From: a virus
Strand: one strand, 5' to 3'
Length of the DNA stretch: 64,000 nt
Virus record (IMG/VR): IMGVR_UViG_3300032401_000002
Span: 64,001 to 128,000 of that record
A model generated the notes under the pieces. That model ran no database searches and was not told the DNA's origin. It saw nothing but the letters and a program-made list of their open reading frames with translations. Below, piece by piece: positions 1-10,004 of this stretch. Numbering within the stretch: position 1 is the first letter of the stretch; the number at the start of each line of letters is the position of its first letter. The position numbers were made by a program, and so were the translations under genes.

Positions 1-464
1 GCTACGCGCTGAGCCAGGAGGATACTTTCAGCGTAGACGATGACCGGGTCAGGTTTGGAAGAGTTCTGTGCCCAACGAAGCTGAAGAGCGCCTGCTGTGA
101 CACTTGTACGAACGAGGCCCTCCACCACAGTCAGGGCTGGAGCATCAGTGCCATCCAGCACGGAAGTCGATCCCGGCAAGATCATCTTGGGATCAAGAGA
201 CGTGTACCAGTAACAATAGGAGCCAACGGGTACCGTCAAGTCGAGCTTGAGATCGGTCTTCTTCTTGGCTGACCAAATCAGTCGTAGCTCGAAGAGCCAT
301 GTGGTGCTATACGGAAGGGTGGACGACAAGTGGTCGTCGGCTTGGAGAGTTGTTGACGACACTACTTGCTCGTTGACGGGCTTGCGGACAAAGACGAAGG
401 GCATACCCGGCCCCTGCGGGCCGGGCACCCCTTGTGGCCCGCGCATCAGGCCGATTAGGCCCAC
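1..464 (-). CDS. Minor tail/fibre protein with short collagen segment (runs off the window edge; third piece of the split fibre locus)
   Basis: Not in the ORF track. My translation from GTG 464 is MGLIGLMRGPQGVPGPQGPGMPFVFVRKPVNEQVVSSTTLQADDHL...GALQLRWAQNSSKPDPVIVYAESILLAQRV, open to position 1. It has GXY triplets followed by a beta-rich domain typical of actinophage minor tail C-termini. Confidence 0.7.
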   Translation of the reverse strand, partial: MGLIGLMRGPQGVPGPQGPGMPFVFVRKPVNEQVVSSTTLQADDHLSSTLPYSTTWLFELRLIWSAKKKTDLKLDLTVPVGSYCYWYTSLDPKMILPGSTSVLDGTDAPALTVVEGLVRTSVTAGALQLRWAQNSSKPDPVIVYAESILLAQRV

Positions 465-643
465 GTACCGCCGACCTTGGTGTAGACATCGCCGGTGTCA
501 GTGCGGAGGTAGAAGTCTCCGTTGACACCGAGCGTGTCATTGGGCACGGTTGTTCCGAAGTACCACACAGAACCGGGTGCTCCCGGTGCTCCAGGAGCGC
601 CAGTCGCTCCAGGTGTGCCGCTTAGGTTTCCGATCAAGCCCAT
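455..643 (-). CDS. Small collagen-like fibre module (GAPGAPG + W..G..P....G..GDFYL repeat)
   Basis: 62 aa with GXY triplets and the same repeat found in 61559..63046. AAGGAGG lies 7 nt before the ATG. Confidence 0.65.
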   Translation of the reverse strand: MGLIGNLSGTPGATGAPGAPGAPGSVWYFGTTVPNDTLGVNGDFYLRTDTGDVYTKVGGTWA

Positions 644-909
644 GATCCGCCCTCCTTCATGTAGATGTTCGTTGTTGCTGTGTCGAGGTAGAAGTCTCCA
701 TCAGAGCCTACCGCGTCACTTGGCACTCCAGTACCGGAATGCCAATATGGTGGGTATGCGACCCATAAGCCCTTGAATTGCAGCAAGCAGCGCCGCACTT
801 CGGGATCGTCCAGGTCAACCGTGGCGAGAGATCCGTCACGGGGAATCTTGGTCTTTCCTATGCGAAGTGGTGTGCGGGAGAGATTGGCGACACGTAGCGG
901 CGTTACCAT
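634..909 (-). CDS. Small virion/fibre module ending in WHSGTGVPSDAVGSDGDFYLD repeat
   Basis: 91 aa. The C-terminal repeat is homologous to those in 455..643 and 61559..63046. Confidence 0.65.
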   Translation of the reverse strand: MVTPLRVANLSRTPLRIGKTKIPRDGSLATVDLDDPEVRRCLLQFKGLWVAYPPYWHSGTGVPSDAVGSDGDFYLDTATTNIYMKEGGSWA

Positions 910-965
910 GCAGTCTCAGCGTAGCCGGGCCTCCACCAGGAGTCCCCCTGAAGGGGTAACTCATA

Positions 966-3008
966 TTACCGCGTCTCGAAGCCCTGATCGTAGACCGGAA
1001 GGCCAAGCTCGGCGTATCGAGGGAACAGCTTGAAGCTAGACACCCAGGCGTCAAGAGTCAGAGCCTCAGCCTTCAGTTCGAGCACGCGGCCACGCTCCGC
1101 GCTATTGAAGTGAACGGCCCCGGTAGGATTGTTGACCGCATCCCCGAAGCGCCTGAACGGCCCATCAACTGTAGCTCGAATTGACCAAGCCACTCGGCGT
1201 CTGCCGATCACGATGTTGTCTACCCAGAAGTTACCCAGTGGCTTGTTGGGGCTGGGATTGGCCCTGACTGTGACAGAGTACGAAACCCCACTCAAGAGAT
1301 TCCGGTACAAGCCAAGGTCGAAGTGGAGTAGGTTCCACTGTGCAGGCTGGAGCTTGGGCACGGTGACTCGGTAGATGGTCGTGTCATCGTTGAGGTAGAT
1401 CTGAGGCTGATTCAAGATTGAGACCGAGTTAGGCACCCAGATCGCCAAGTCGAGGTACGTCTGCGTCCAATCGTCAACGAGGAACTGGTTGGTGGTGATA
1501 GCCTTGGACGTTCGGAATGACCCATCGCCCGACAAGGTCTTGGTTTGATCCACAAGAAGGTCACTGCCTGTGACGCTCTGGAAGAGGTTGACATCGCTAG
1601 AGTACACGGCTGCCAATTGCGCCCCGTCCACGGGCGTACGAGAGTTGTAGACTTTGGTTCGCAAGACCGCGTAACCCGTAGGTGCCACAGTGATCGCACT
1701 CAAGTAAGCATCGCGATCTATGAACGCAGCGACGAATCCGAATCGTCCTGTCTCGGTAGCGTACGCCAAATCAGTGATCGTGACGGGTAGGAACCACACT
1801 GTGCTGACGAGCGTACCGTCGATCTGGGTATCGAAGATCGTTGACGTGACATTGGTGCCCTTGATCTCCACGCGCCAGAGGTAGTGCTTGGTAGGATCGA
1901 GCGGCCCACCAACGCTGTTCGAGTGCAGTCCAGTCTCGGTCTTGATACCTCCCGTGATGTCCACCCGCTTGGCATCGAAGACTGTCCCGACATCATTCCA
2001 AGAGAGACTAATCTGAACATACGATCCGAGATCATCAGGGATGTTCTTGCGCTCGCGAAGGAGCAGCGATAGGCGATTAGTGAGAGGGTCGATAGCTTGT
2101 GCTCCGACTTCGCCGCCTGCCGTGAAGTACACGTTGTAAGCTCCGTCAATCGGGATGGGATCGTTCTGGGTGCCATCTCCGCGCACGAACTCGAACTCTT
2201 CAGCGATAGTCCCGATGTAGGCCGTGGCATCCAGAGTCGGCGTGATGCATACAGCCCCCAGGCGGGTATCGAAGTCGAGCCATGATTCGGCCCATGTGGT
2301 CTTGAATGCCCGGAGCGCCATGACTGTGATCGTCTGGGCGGCGGGGGCACCCAACTTGGCCAAGTAGAGTCGCACTCCCGTGATGCTCCTGTTGTCGAAG
2401 CCCGCATTGGCGAAGCTGGCAACAGGAATCAGCAACTGGGGCATGATGCTGATGTTGTCGTTAAAGAGAACCTGGGCTGAATCGTGTCCTGTGCCGAACG
2501 TGCCGTTGGGGTCGGAAGTGAACATGATGTACGAGTCGAGCACGTCGAAAGAGTTGTAGTTGGGGAAGATCACAGCTACATCATCCATAGCGCTGATATC
2601 GCTAGGTACGTCCGGAAGAGATGACTCAAGGAAGGTAGCTAGGTTCGACCCATTCGTGACGCACTGTAGACCAGACCAACCAAAGTGACTCCCCATCTTG
2701 CCCACGGTGATAGCCCCCGTGCCCGTGCCCGTCTTTACCCATGCTTCGGTGTAGAGTGTCAGGCCCGGCTTCAACTCAAGTGCGGTCTGGGGCACTGCGA
2801 TCATGGGATCGTTCGTTGACTGATCTAGATCAGGATCTTGGGGTACAGGGATGAGGTCTGTGAACTCACGGAAGTTTCTGATGTCAACGTGCTCTTGGGT
2901 GGTCAAGAATGCTTCGTTGGCGTTGCTCCAGAGGGTTGAGTCGAAGGGTGCCCACTGGTTCCAGCGGCCACGAGGGTCATCGAAGGTTTCTGAGAGTGTC
3001 CAAGTCAT
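966..3008 (-). CDS. Minor tail/baseplate protein (beta-rich, possible carbohydrate-binding-like domains)
   Basis: 680 aa ORF lying directly after the baseplate wedge genes in the operon. Confidence 0.6.
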   Translation of the reverse strand: MTWTLSETFDDPRGRWNQWAPFDSTLWSNANEAFLTTQEHVDIRNFREFTDLIPVPQDPDLDQSTNDPMIAVPQTALELKPGLTLYTEAWVKTGTGTGAITVGKMGSHFGWSGLQCVTNGSNLATFLESSLPDVPSDISAMDDVAVIFPNYNSFDVLDSYIMFTSDPNGTFGTGHDSAQVLFNDNISIMPQLLIPVASFANAGFDNRSITGVRLYLAKLGAPAAQTITVMALRAFKTTWAESWLDFDTRLGAVCITPTLDATAYIGTIAEEFEFVRGDGTQNDPIPIDGAYNVYFTAGGEVGAQAIDPLTNRLSLLLRERKNIPDDLGSYVQISLSWNDVGTVFDAKRVDITGGIKTETGLHSNSVGGPLDPTKHYLWRVEIKGTNVTSTIFDTQIDGTLVSTVWFLPVTITDLAYATETGRFGFVAAFIDRDAYLSAITVAPTGYAVLRTKVYNSRTPVDGAQLAAVYSSDVNLFQSVTGSDLLVDQTKTLSGDGSFRTSKAITTNQFLVDDWTQTYLDLAIWVPNSVSILNQPQIYLNDDTTIYRVTVPKLQPAQWNLLHFDLGLYRNLLSGVSYSVTVRANPSPNKPLGNFWVDNIVIGRRRVAWSIRATVDGPFRRFGDAVNNPTGAVHFNSAERGRVLELKAEALTLDAWVSSFKLFPRYAELGLPVYDQGFETR

Positions 3009-3020
3009 GTCTGTCCTTTA

Positions 3021-6000
3021 CTAGACCGTTACCGTACCGAAGTCTGCTGCTGACCCAAGGCCCGTGACCGGGGTTGTGCTGTTGATCGTCACAGTACCGT
3101 AGCTCGGCGTTCCAGTCAGGCCAGCCGGGCGGGCCGTGTTGCTCACCTTGACTGAGCCGAAGCTCGCAGTGCTGGTTAGTGCTGCCACCATGACGGGGCC
3201 GTGGACTGAGCCGAACGAGGCCGCGCTGTTGAGACCTGTCATGTTCACTGTGCGCTTGATGTACACTGAGCCGAACGACGCTGCCGATCCAAGGCCGGGG
3301 ATGGGGACAGTGACGTTGAATCGCATGACTGCGAAGCTCGGTGTTGAGGTCAGGCCGGGAACGGGGACAGTCGTGTTGAACCTTGGGACACCAAAGGCAG
3401 CGGTCGAGGTTAGGCCAGTGACAGGAACTGCCTTGTTGTGCTGCTCGGCAGCGGTGGGCAGGCCGATACCAATGACCGTGTTGGCATCGACTGGATCGAA
3501 GTTCTCTTCGAGTGTGTCGTTGACAACACCCACGCCGATTGCCGTGTTGGAGTCGTTGGTCGGGCCAACATCGAGCGCAGTGACGACACCGATACCGATG
3601 ATGGTGGCTGTGTCTGTCGCGAAGTTGTCGATGACTGCGCTTGGTACACCATGCCCGCTGCTTGTAGCTGCATCGTCCAGCGTAGACTGCAAGTTGCCGA
3701 AGACGCCACCACCGTAGGTGCCCGTACCGTAATTGGGCATGAACGGCCCTTCGAACTCATCGGTGATCGGTGTGCCTGTACCAACGACAACGCCTTCATC
3801 GTCAGTCGGCGGCGAGGGGATAACACCCTGAGCGACAACGGTCGCAGCATCAACGTAGATGACATCCTGGAGAGACGTGGTTAGACGCTCAGCTAGGCGG
3901 CTACGAGCGATGTTGGTTACGATCCTACCATCATCGTTATACGTGTAAGAGATGTCATAGTCATCTGTCTGGAAGAACTGGTTGCCTTGTTTGTCAGGGC
4001 GAGAGTAGACCAGGATGTTGCGAGCCGGGAATCCAGTCTCGCTTAGTGGTGAGGGGATGTAGCCACCGAAGAAGACAAGCTCGTCGGTGATGTCGGGGTT
4101 GACCTGATACGAGACGTACAACTCAGCACCGTCTTCGATGGTGGTGCCGGTGGCTCGATCCCATGTGTTCTCTTGGAGCATCTCTTCATCGTACAAGATG
4201 TCTACGATGAGTTCGTCGTCTCTAGAGATGGTGTAGTTGTTGCGAAGGAAGCGAACCTCGTCAATCCCGACGAAGTACGCCTTCTTGTTGAACTCAGCCT
4301 GCTCGTACGTGTACAAGTGGCGAGCCGTGCGGTTGAACCGCATCGGGACTTGAGCCAGATTCTGATACGACTCACTGATGCGGTCGTTGATCGTTGAGAC
4401 TGTGCCGATGTTGTCGAACACAGACTCTGCCGGAAGCTCGACCGGGTCGCTCAGGATGTTGGGGTCGAATCTCTCGACCACGAGCTTTCCCAAGATCGAA
4501 TCTTGATCAACAGAGATCAACAGTGAAGACTGGAACTGATCCGTGCCCTGGATGTAGACCCTGGATGCCGTGATGGGATCGACAAGAGCCTTGTCGGCAA
4601 TGTCTACGAGGCCCGCTGAGATCAACTGATTGGCTTTGATCTTACCAAGGGCCAAGGCAGCGAGGAACTCCTTCTGCTTGTACTCGAACTCCTTGATGGG
4701 CGTGCGCAGTCCAGCGAGGATCTTAGTCTGTACGGGAGTCGCGTTGCGCAGGAACCAGTCTTCGACGGTGTTGCGGATCGTTGAGTTGTTGAACTGATCC
4801 TCGACCCACGTCGGGAACCTACGATAGACACGAGGAGCCAGCCTGGGGAAGTCAGGGATGTTGAACGGCAAGGGGTTCAGCGACGAGAACTCTAGCTTGA
4901 TGAAGCTGGCCTTGATCGGCTGAGGGAACTCAATCGTCTCGTTGCGACGAAGGGTGTAGGTCTCCTGAATCGGAGTCCACAACATGTAGTCCCAGTCGTT
5001 CAAGATCTTGGGAGCGTCACCAGACGTGCCCTGCTGTGTCCAGTAAACGTTCATTCGCACACCCGGAGTACGTGGGGCAATGTTGATCGCCTCGATCAGG
5101 GTCGGGATGCGTTCGCCTTCGACATCGGTGCCCCTGAGGTCGAAGTACAGGCTCTCCACAGCTTCGGGGGTCGGGGCAGGCTCGGACATCCACCCCGCGC
5201 GGGTGTTGTCGTGGACGTACTTCGCCTTCTCTCTGTGGGTGGTGTACCTGTAAGCGTTACCCAGCACATCTCGACCTTCATCTGCTACATCAGCCCACAC
5301 TCGCATAACAAGGTTGCGCTCTGGATCGAGCACGTATTGGCCAGTCCCGACGTTGTACGATGAGTAGGGGTAGATGACCGCTCCGGTGGCAAGCGATGTT
5401 GTCGTACCTGAATACCCGACATTCAGGGTGATTGAGACGGAGTCAACTCCGTCAACGTAGAACACCTGGTCAGGCACGTCCTGGCGAACGATGTAGTCGC
5501 CAACCGCTACCACTGAAGTGGTATCTACGGATGTGCCAATGGAGAACCCACCGTTGGTGAATGTCAAGGTACCAGGGATCGTCCTGGAGCTAAGCTGGTT
5601 GGGCGAGTGAGTGAATACGATGTCGCAGGCCGAGACATCTCGCGAGGAAACACGAAGTTCGTAAACCTTTGACAAGTCTCCTTCGACCGCGAGCTTGTCA
5701 TCCAGGTAGAAGTCAAGCCACGAAAGCCCAGGGGAGATTACCCCGACTTCCACACCTGACCTCAACTTCAAGGGAGACAGGGCATCGGTGAGATCCCACA
5801 ACTCCCAGGCGAACTGCACACTTGTGTCGTTGCCGCTTCCGCTCTGGTCGAACTCCAGAAGATACGGAGATGTCTGAACCAGGATTCCGAACCCAAGCAT
5901 GTTGGGTGTGACGCCTGCTCGGTCGGCGTTGCCAGGGTAGACGAACCTCTGGCGAGCTTCGCGCGACGTGTATCCATCTTGACTTGAAAGCGTTACCTCG

Positions 6001-6599
6001 TCAAGGTCAACAGGAGTGTCCTGTACCAAGAGAGGGCCAACGGTGTCTCGAAGTGTGTTGACATAGCGCCCCAGCCGAAGATGCTTAACGAACAACGGCC
6101 ACTCGAACTTGGCACTCGTGCTCGTGGGCCATGCATCGTCTCGTCGTGTGAAGACAAGTCGCACATAGCGTGTGTGGATCATGTACCCCTTGGCATCAGT
6201 GAAGTTGAACTCTGCATTCTGCCAGGCTGTTCGATTGCTCGCGTCATAGGAGATGTAGTCGTCATGCAAGAGACCCTCTTGAGCCTTGACGGGCAGCCAC
6301 ACAGCTTGTCGGTCGGGTGTGCTGATAGCGTCGTACTGAACGCTGATGTTGATTGGCGCACGAAGCACGTCGAAGTTCAGGAAGTTGATCTCACGAATCC
6401 TGCCGAGGTCGATCTCCAAGATTTCGGAAGTGAGCGCTCCTCCCTTGTCGGCAGCCAGGTAGTTCGACCCAGTCTCGTCAACCGAGGCAAAGCGTGATGT
6501 GCTCGACCACCAGAATGTGTCGGGGTACTGGATCTGATCGATCCCCGGAAGGGTGAAGTAGCTGACGGGATAGACTCCGTTGATTAGGACATCACTCAT
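3021..6599 (-). CDS. Large baseplate/minor tail protein with C-terminal DxxxVxGxG and VxGLxSxxxFG repeats
   Basis: 1192 aa, overlapping the upstream gene (ATGA). The C-terminal ~280 aa is repetitive. Confidence 0.65.
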   Translation of the reverse strand: MSDVLINGVYPVSYFTLPGIDQIQYPDTFWWSSTSRFASVDETGSNYLAADKGGALTSEILEIDLGRIREINFLNFDVLRAPINISVQYDAISTPDRQAVWLPVKAQEGLLHDDYISYDASNRTAWQNAEFNFTDAKGYMIHTRYVRLVFTRRDDAWPTSTSAKFEWPLFVKHLRLGRYVNTLRDTVGPLLVQDTPVDLDEVTLSSQDGYTSREARQRFVYPGNADRAGVTPNMLGFGILVQTSPYLLEFDQSGSGNDTSVQFAWELWDLTDALSPLKLRSGVEVGVISPGLSWLDFYLDDKLAVEGDLSKVYELRVSSRDVSACDIVFTHSPNQLSSRTIPGTLTFTNGGFSIGTSVDTTSVVAVGDYIVRQDVPDQVFYVDGVDSVSITLNVGYSGTTTSLATGAVIYPYSSYNVGTGQYVLDPERNLVMRVWADVADEGRDVLGNAYRYTTHREKAKYVHDNTRAGWMSEPAPTPEAVESLYFDLRGTDVEGERIPTLIEAINIAPRTPGVRMNVYWTQQGTSGDAPKILNDWDYMLWTPIQETYTLRRNETIEFPQPIKASFIKLEFSSLNPLPFNIPDFPRLAPRVYRRFPTWVEDQFNNSTIRNTVEDWFLRNATPVQTKILAGLRTPIKEFEYKQKEFLAALALGKIKANQLISAGLVDIADKALVDPITASRVYIQGTDQFQSSLLISVDQDSILGKLVVERFDPNILSDPVELPAESVFDNIGTVSTINDRISESYQNLAQVPMRFNRTARHLYTYEQAEFNKKAYFVGIDEVRFLRNNYTISRDDELIVDILYDEEMLQENTWDRATGTTIEDGAELYVSYQVNPDITDELVFFGGYIPSPLSETGFPARNILVYSRPDKQGNQFFQTDDYDISYTYNDDGRIVTNIARSRLAERLTTSLQDVIYVDAATVVAQGVIPSPPTDDEGVVVGTGTPITDEFEGPFMPNYGTGTYGGGVFGNLQSTLDDAATSSGHGVPSAVIDNFATDTATIIGIGVVTALDVGPTNDSNTAIGVGVVNDTLEENFDPVDANTVIGIGLPTAAEQHNKAVPVTGLTSTAAFGVPRFNTTVPVPGLTSTPSFAVMRFNVTVPIPGLGSAASFGSVYIKRTVNMTGLNSAASFGSVHGPVMVAALTSTASFGSVKVSNTARPAGLTGTPSYGTVTINSTTPVTGLGSAADFGTVTV

Positions 6600-7918
6600 A
6601 CCGCACGACCCTCCATAACGAGAGGCGTGTTGGTGATAGCGACCGCGCTCTCAGCCAAGAACTCGGCGTCAGCCGAGATCGCAACAAGGAAGGGGAACAA
6701 AGCCGACAGCGTGTTCGGGAATAAGCCATAATGCTGGCTTGCGTAGATGTCGTATTGGGATGTCCCTCCCACTGACTCATAGAACTCATTGGTTCCATAG
6801 AGGGGATCTGACAGGGCAGCATCGGTGTAGGCGTGAATACCCTCGACCGTGTGGAACACGACTGGAAGCTCTCGCTGCGAGCCGTAGTAGTACCCTGCCT
6901 CGTTCTCGACACCGGACTCGATGAAGTTGTTGTCAATTGTGGAACGAGTGGGCCACGGCACACCGGCACTTCCCTCGACCAAGCGAGAAACGTGAATCCG
7001 CTCGGATGAGGAGAATGCGTCTCCGTTGATGGGGATGTCGATGTACTGAATGTCATTGGGGATGACTGTGCCAAACGTGTCCGCTGCTCGTAGCCTGTCG
7101 ATCAAGTCGATGACATTCCGCTCGATCTCAGGAAGCATTCGAGTCTTGGATGTGGCTTCGTACCCAAGCGTGACGGTCAACTTGCTTCCGCCAACGGGGG
7201 CAGGAACGGGGCGAACACCGCTAGCCAGAGTCGGAGGTACGAATGTGAAGCTACGAGCGTGTGTCTGCTGGTAGTCTTGGTCGAATACGTCGGCAGTAGC
7301 ATTCAAGAAGCGCGGGATCACGACGAACTCATTGGTGCTTAGGCTGGTGCCCTCGGCGTCAAGCCCCAACTGGTCATCGCTGAACTGGTCGTAGATGAAC
7401 TTGTAGTGGGCGATGACATCACTCTGAATCCCTGATCCCGCCTGAGCCATCGTGGCGATGCCCAAGTTCGAGTTTCCGTATCGAGTGGCCGTGAAGAAGT
7501 CGGCGATCCTGTGCTTGTAGCCTTGATCGGCAAGTTGGATCTGATCCCACTGTGTCGGAGTCAGAGCCTCGACACTGGTGTCGAATGTGTAGGTTTCGGG
7601 AAGCAGTCGATTGAACCGGAACTGTGCTGCGTAGAAGTCATCCAGCACCTGGAAGTTCATGAACTCCGCTTCGTAGCGCAGGCGAGTCGCAAAGGTCTGC
7701 TTCTTGAGCAGGCCCGCTCCAGAGTCCCCGCCAAGGGCCTGGAGGAAGCGATAGAGATGGGTGTCCCGGCCCTGCTGGTAGACTTCCTCCGGGAACCGAT
7801 CCATCACGTCATCGACGGTGGACGGCCCATCAAGCGGCTCCACGACAGTGATGTTCGTCGTGAATACGGTGATGGTCGGATCAGTCTCCGCGCCGGATAG
7901 CTGCGCTAGACTTGGCAT
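6596..7918 (-). CDS. Baseplate wedge protein (follows baseplate J)
   Basis: 440 aa. Position after J and the N-terminal 'MDRFPEEVY...LYRFLQAL' segment fit a myovirus wedge (gpI/gp7-like) subunit. Confidence 0.6.
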   Translation of the reverse strand: MPSLAQLSGAETDPTITVFTTNITVVEPLDGPSTVDDVMDRFPEEVYQQGRDTHLYRFLQALGGDSGAGLLKKQTFATRLRYEAEFMNFQVLDDFYAAQFRFNRLLPETYTFDTSVEALTPTQWDQIQLADQGYKHRIADFFTATRYGNSNLGIATMAQAGSGIQSDVIAHYKFIYDQFSDDQLGLDAEGTSLSTNEFVVIPRFLNATADVFDQDYQQTHARSFTFVPPTLASGVRPVPAPVGGSKLTVTLGYEATSKTRMLPEIERNVIDLIDRLRAADTFGTVIPNDIQYIDIPINGDAFSSSERIHVSRLVEGSAGVPWPTRSTIDNNFIESGVENEAGYYYGSQRELPVVFHTVEGIHAYTDAALSDPLYGTNEFYESVGGTSQYDIYASQHYGLFPNTLSALFPFLVAISADAEFLAESAVAITNTPLVMEGRAV

Positions 7919-7919
7919 A

Positions 7920-9995
7920 TTAGGTCGTCCAGGTGTTCTGAGCGCGGACGGTGATTCTCACTGCGCCGCTGCTCGGAGAAGCTGCAAGCTCGTTGTCCTG
8001 GATGAAGAAGTCGTTGGTGATGTAGATGGGGCCACCACTCAGAGTGTCACCACTTGCTGAGACCTCTTCGAGTCGGTTGCCTGTTTCGTTGGTGAAGCGC
8101 ACATTGTCCACTCCAGGTACATTGTGGATGGCCTGAAGAATGTCTGAAGTCTGGATAGCTGCGCCGTAGTATTGGTTGTTGAAGAATGAGTCTAGAGCGG
8201 CTACGATGCTCGCATCCACTACTGCTCGTGTCGATCCCAGAGTGTACATGACTGTGACGATAGGAGTGAAGTACCTCACCTTGGCTCGATGCACGAGCAC
8301 GTCCTGGGTGGTTTGCTTGGACTTCTCCATGATCGCCTGAAGGTCAGAGACGTTCTGATCGTAGAGGTAACCATCGACCGTGAACTCTACGCCGCCGACG
8401 TTCTCGATGAGCGCTCCCGTGTTGCTACCTTCATCGTCTGTGGGTGCGAAACCGCCGATGTGGTTGGTGCCACTCAGGAACCATTCGATACCATTGCGAC
8501 ACCGGATCGTTCCGTAGTTGGAGTTGACCTCTTCCACGAGGATGTAGTGAGCCTTGCGGGTGTAGGCCACTCCGTCATACAAGTTGTAGTACGTCGAGTC
8601 GGCAACGTTCCAATAGTTCGCCTTGAAGTACGTAGCCGAGCCGATCTGGATCTCCTCCGGGAGATCGAGCACGGGCTGCCAGTAAAGGGGCTGGATCATC
8701 GAACCCACGGTTGCCTCCTTGCCGTCGAGCTTGCGACGGAAGTTGATCACCTTGGTCGGGGTAGTCTTCTGGTATGTCCAACGAAGAGCGGTGGAGTTCT
8801 GGAGGTAGTTGGCCGGGCCAGGAACAACCTCGACAGAAGTTGCTGACGCCAACTTGCTTCCGTTGATGAAGACATCAACAGCATTCAGGATTCCGTAGTC
8901 GTAGTTGTTGCGACTGTTGAGGCTCATGTAGGCGTGCTCTAGAAGATAGACGTTGCCTTCTGACAAACTGGGGTTGCCTGATAGGTTCACTGTCGAGTAG
9001 GCGTTCAAGAACGTGACGTTCGGTGACGTGACGGGTGTGTCATTCGTCTGGACTGCTCCGGTGTCTGCCTTGATCGGAGGCGAGTTGAAGATGTAGTCTA
9101 CGCCAGGTCGGAAGAACGTTGCCGTCGCGGGGTCAAGTGTGCCGTCTGTCAGGTAGTAGTTCGTCTGGTACGTTGACTTGGAGTACGGAATCGTGCTCTT
9201 AGCACTTGTGCGCTTGTGGAGGTAGACTGTTCCTGTCGTGTCGTATCCGCCGCCCTGTGTCTGTTGGGCCGCATCGTCAATGACTGGGATCTGGACGTAC
9301 TCCTGGTATCGACTAATGGGGCCGAGGACGTTGGCCTTCGTGACCGAGTTGGCCGAAACAGCTAGAGCCAAGAACATGTCTGTCGTACCCGAAATGTTGC
9401 GCAAGAACGTGCGCTGGAACCGCACCTTGTAAGCAGCGTCGTCTTCACCATCCGACCCACCCGTCATTGCCTGATCGTTGCCCACGCTGGTGATGCCGAC
9501 GATAGACTTCAAGCCACCGAACCCGACTACCTTGTTGGCGTCGATGTTACCGATTGTACCTGCCACCGTACACTGCACCGTGGCCTCAACCAGGAGGGCG
9601 CTTGCTTCGAGCACGACTGTTTCGGTCGTGACGAAGATCAGGCTGGGGAACACCGTGTCATCGATGTTGGCAACGATCTGTGTGCCACGAGGGATCGTGA
9701 CAGCGTTCGTGGTGGCCGTGTTGCGTCGGAACTGCACCGTACCGTAGGACGGGGTAGACTGCTGACGGCCGAAGTTGAAGATGCTGAGGTAGGCGTCCAG
9801 GCGTCCACCCGACATCGAGTCGATGTTGTGCTGCTCCTGAAGGACAGTGAAGTCAACCTGCTGGGATGCGATCAGTTCGGCCGTGGCCTCGATGATCTTG
9901 CGCTCTGGCGTTCCTACCTCTGCCGAGACGGTTGGGTCGAGCAACCGAAGCTGGTTGACGATCTGCTGAACGATCTGGTCTACGGTTAGTGACAT
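7920..9995 (-). CDS. Baseplate J-like protein
   Basis: Hallmarks of Baseplate_J: 'IPRGTQ', 'VQCTVAGTIGNI', 'TGGSDGEDDAAYKVR' and C-terminal 'SDILQAIHNVPGVDNV'. Confidence 0.9.
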   Translation of the reverse strand: MSLTVDQIVQQIVNQLRLLDPTVSAEVGTPERKIIEATAELIASQQVDFTVLQEQHNIDSMSGGRLDAYLSIFNFGRQQSTPSYGTVQFRRNTATTNAVTIPRGTQIVANIDDTVFPSLIFVTTETVVLEASALLVEATVQCTVAGTIGNIDANKVVGFGGLKSIVGITSVGNDQAMTGGSDGEDDAAYKVRFQRTFLRNISGTTDMFLALAVSANSVTKANVLGPISRYQEYVQIPVIDDAAQQTQGGGYDTTGTVYLHKRTSAKSTIPYSKSTYQTNYYLTDGTLDPATATFFRPGVDYIFNSPPIKADTGAVQTNDTPVTSPNVTFLNAYSTVNLSGNPSLSEGNVYLLEHAYMSLNSRNNYDYGILNAVDVFINGSKLASATSVEVVPGPANYLQNSTALRWTYQKTTPTKVINFRRKLDGKEATVGSMIQPLYWQPVLDLPEEIQIGSATYFKANYWNVADSTYYNLYDGVAYTRKAHYILVEEVNSNYGTIRCRNGIEWFLSGTNHIGGFAPTDDEGSNTGALIENVGGVEFTVDGYLYDQNVSDLQAIMEKSKQTTQDVLVHRAKVRYFTPIVTVMYTLGSTRAVVDASIVAALDSFFNNQYYGAAIQTSDILQAIHNVPGVDNVRFTNETGNRLEEVSASGDTLSGGPIYITNDFFIQDNELAASPSSGAVRITVRAQNTWTT

Positions 9996-10004
9996 GCTCT
10001 ACTC

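Noticed and set aside
1718-2422. 234 aa alternative-frame ORF within 966..3008
   Set aside because: It is an S/R/P-rich off-frame product typical of high-GC coding DNA.
3136-3717. Antisense 193 aa repetitive ORF
   Set aside because: It mirrors the repeat region of 3021..6599 and has no independent signals.
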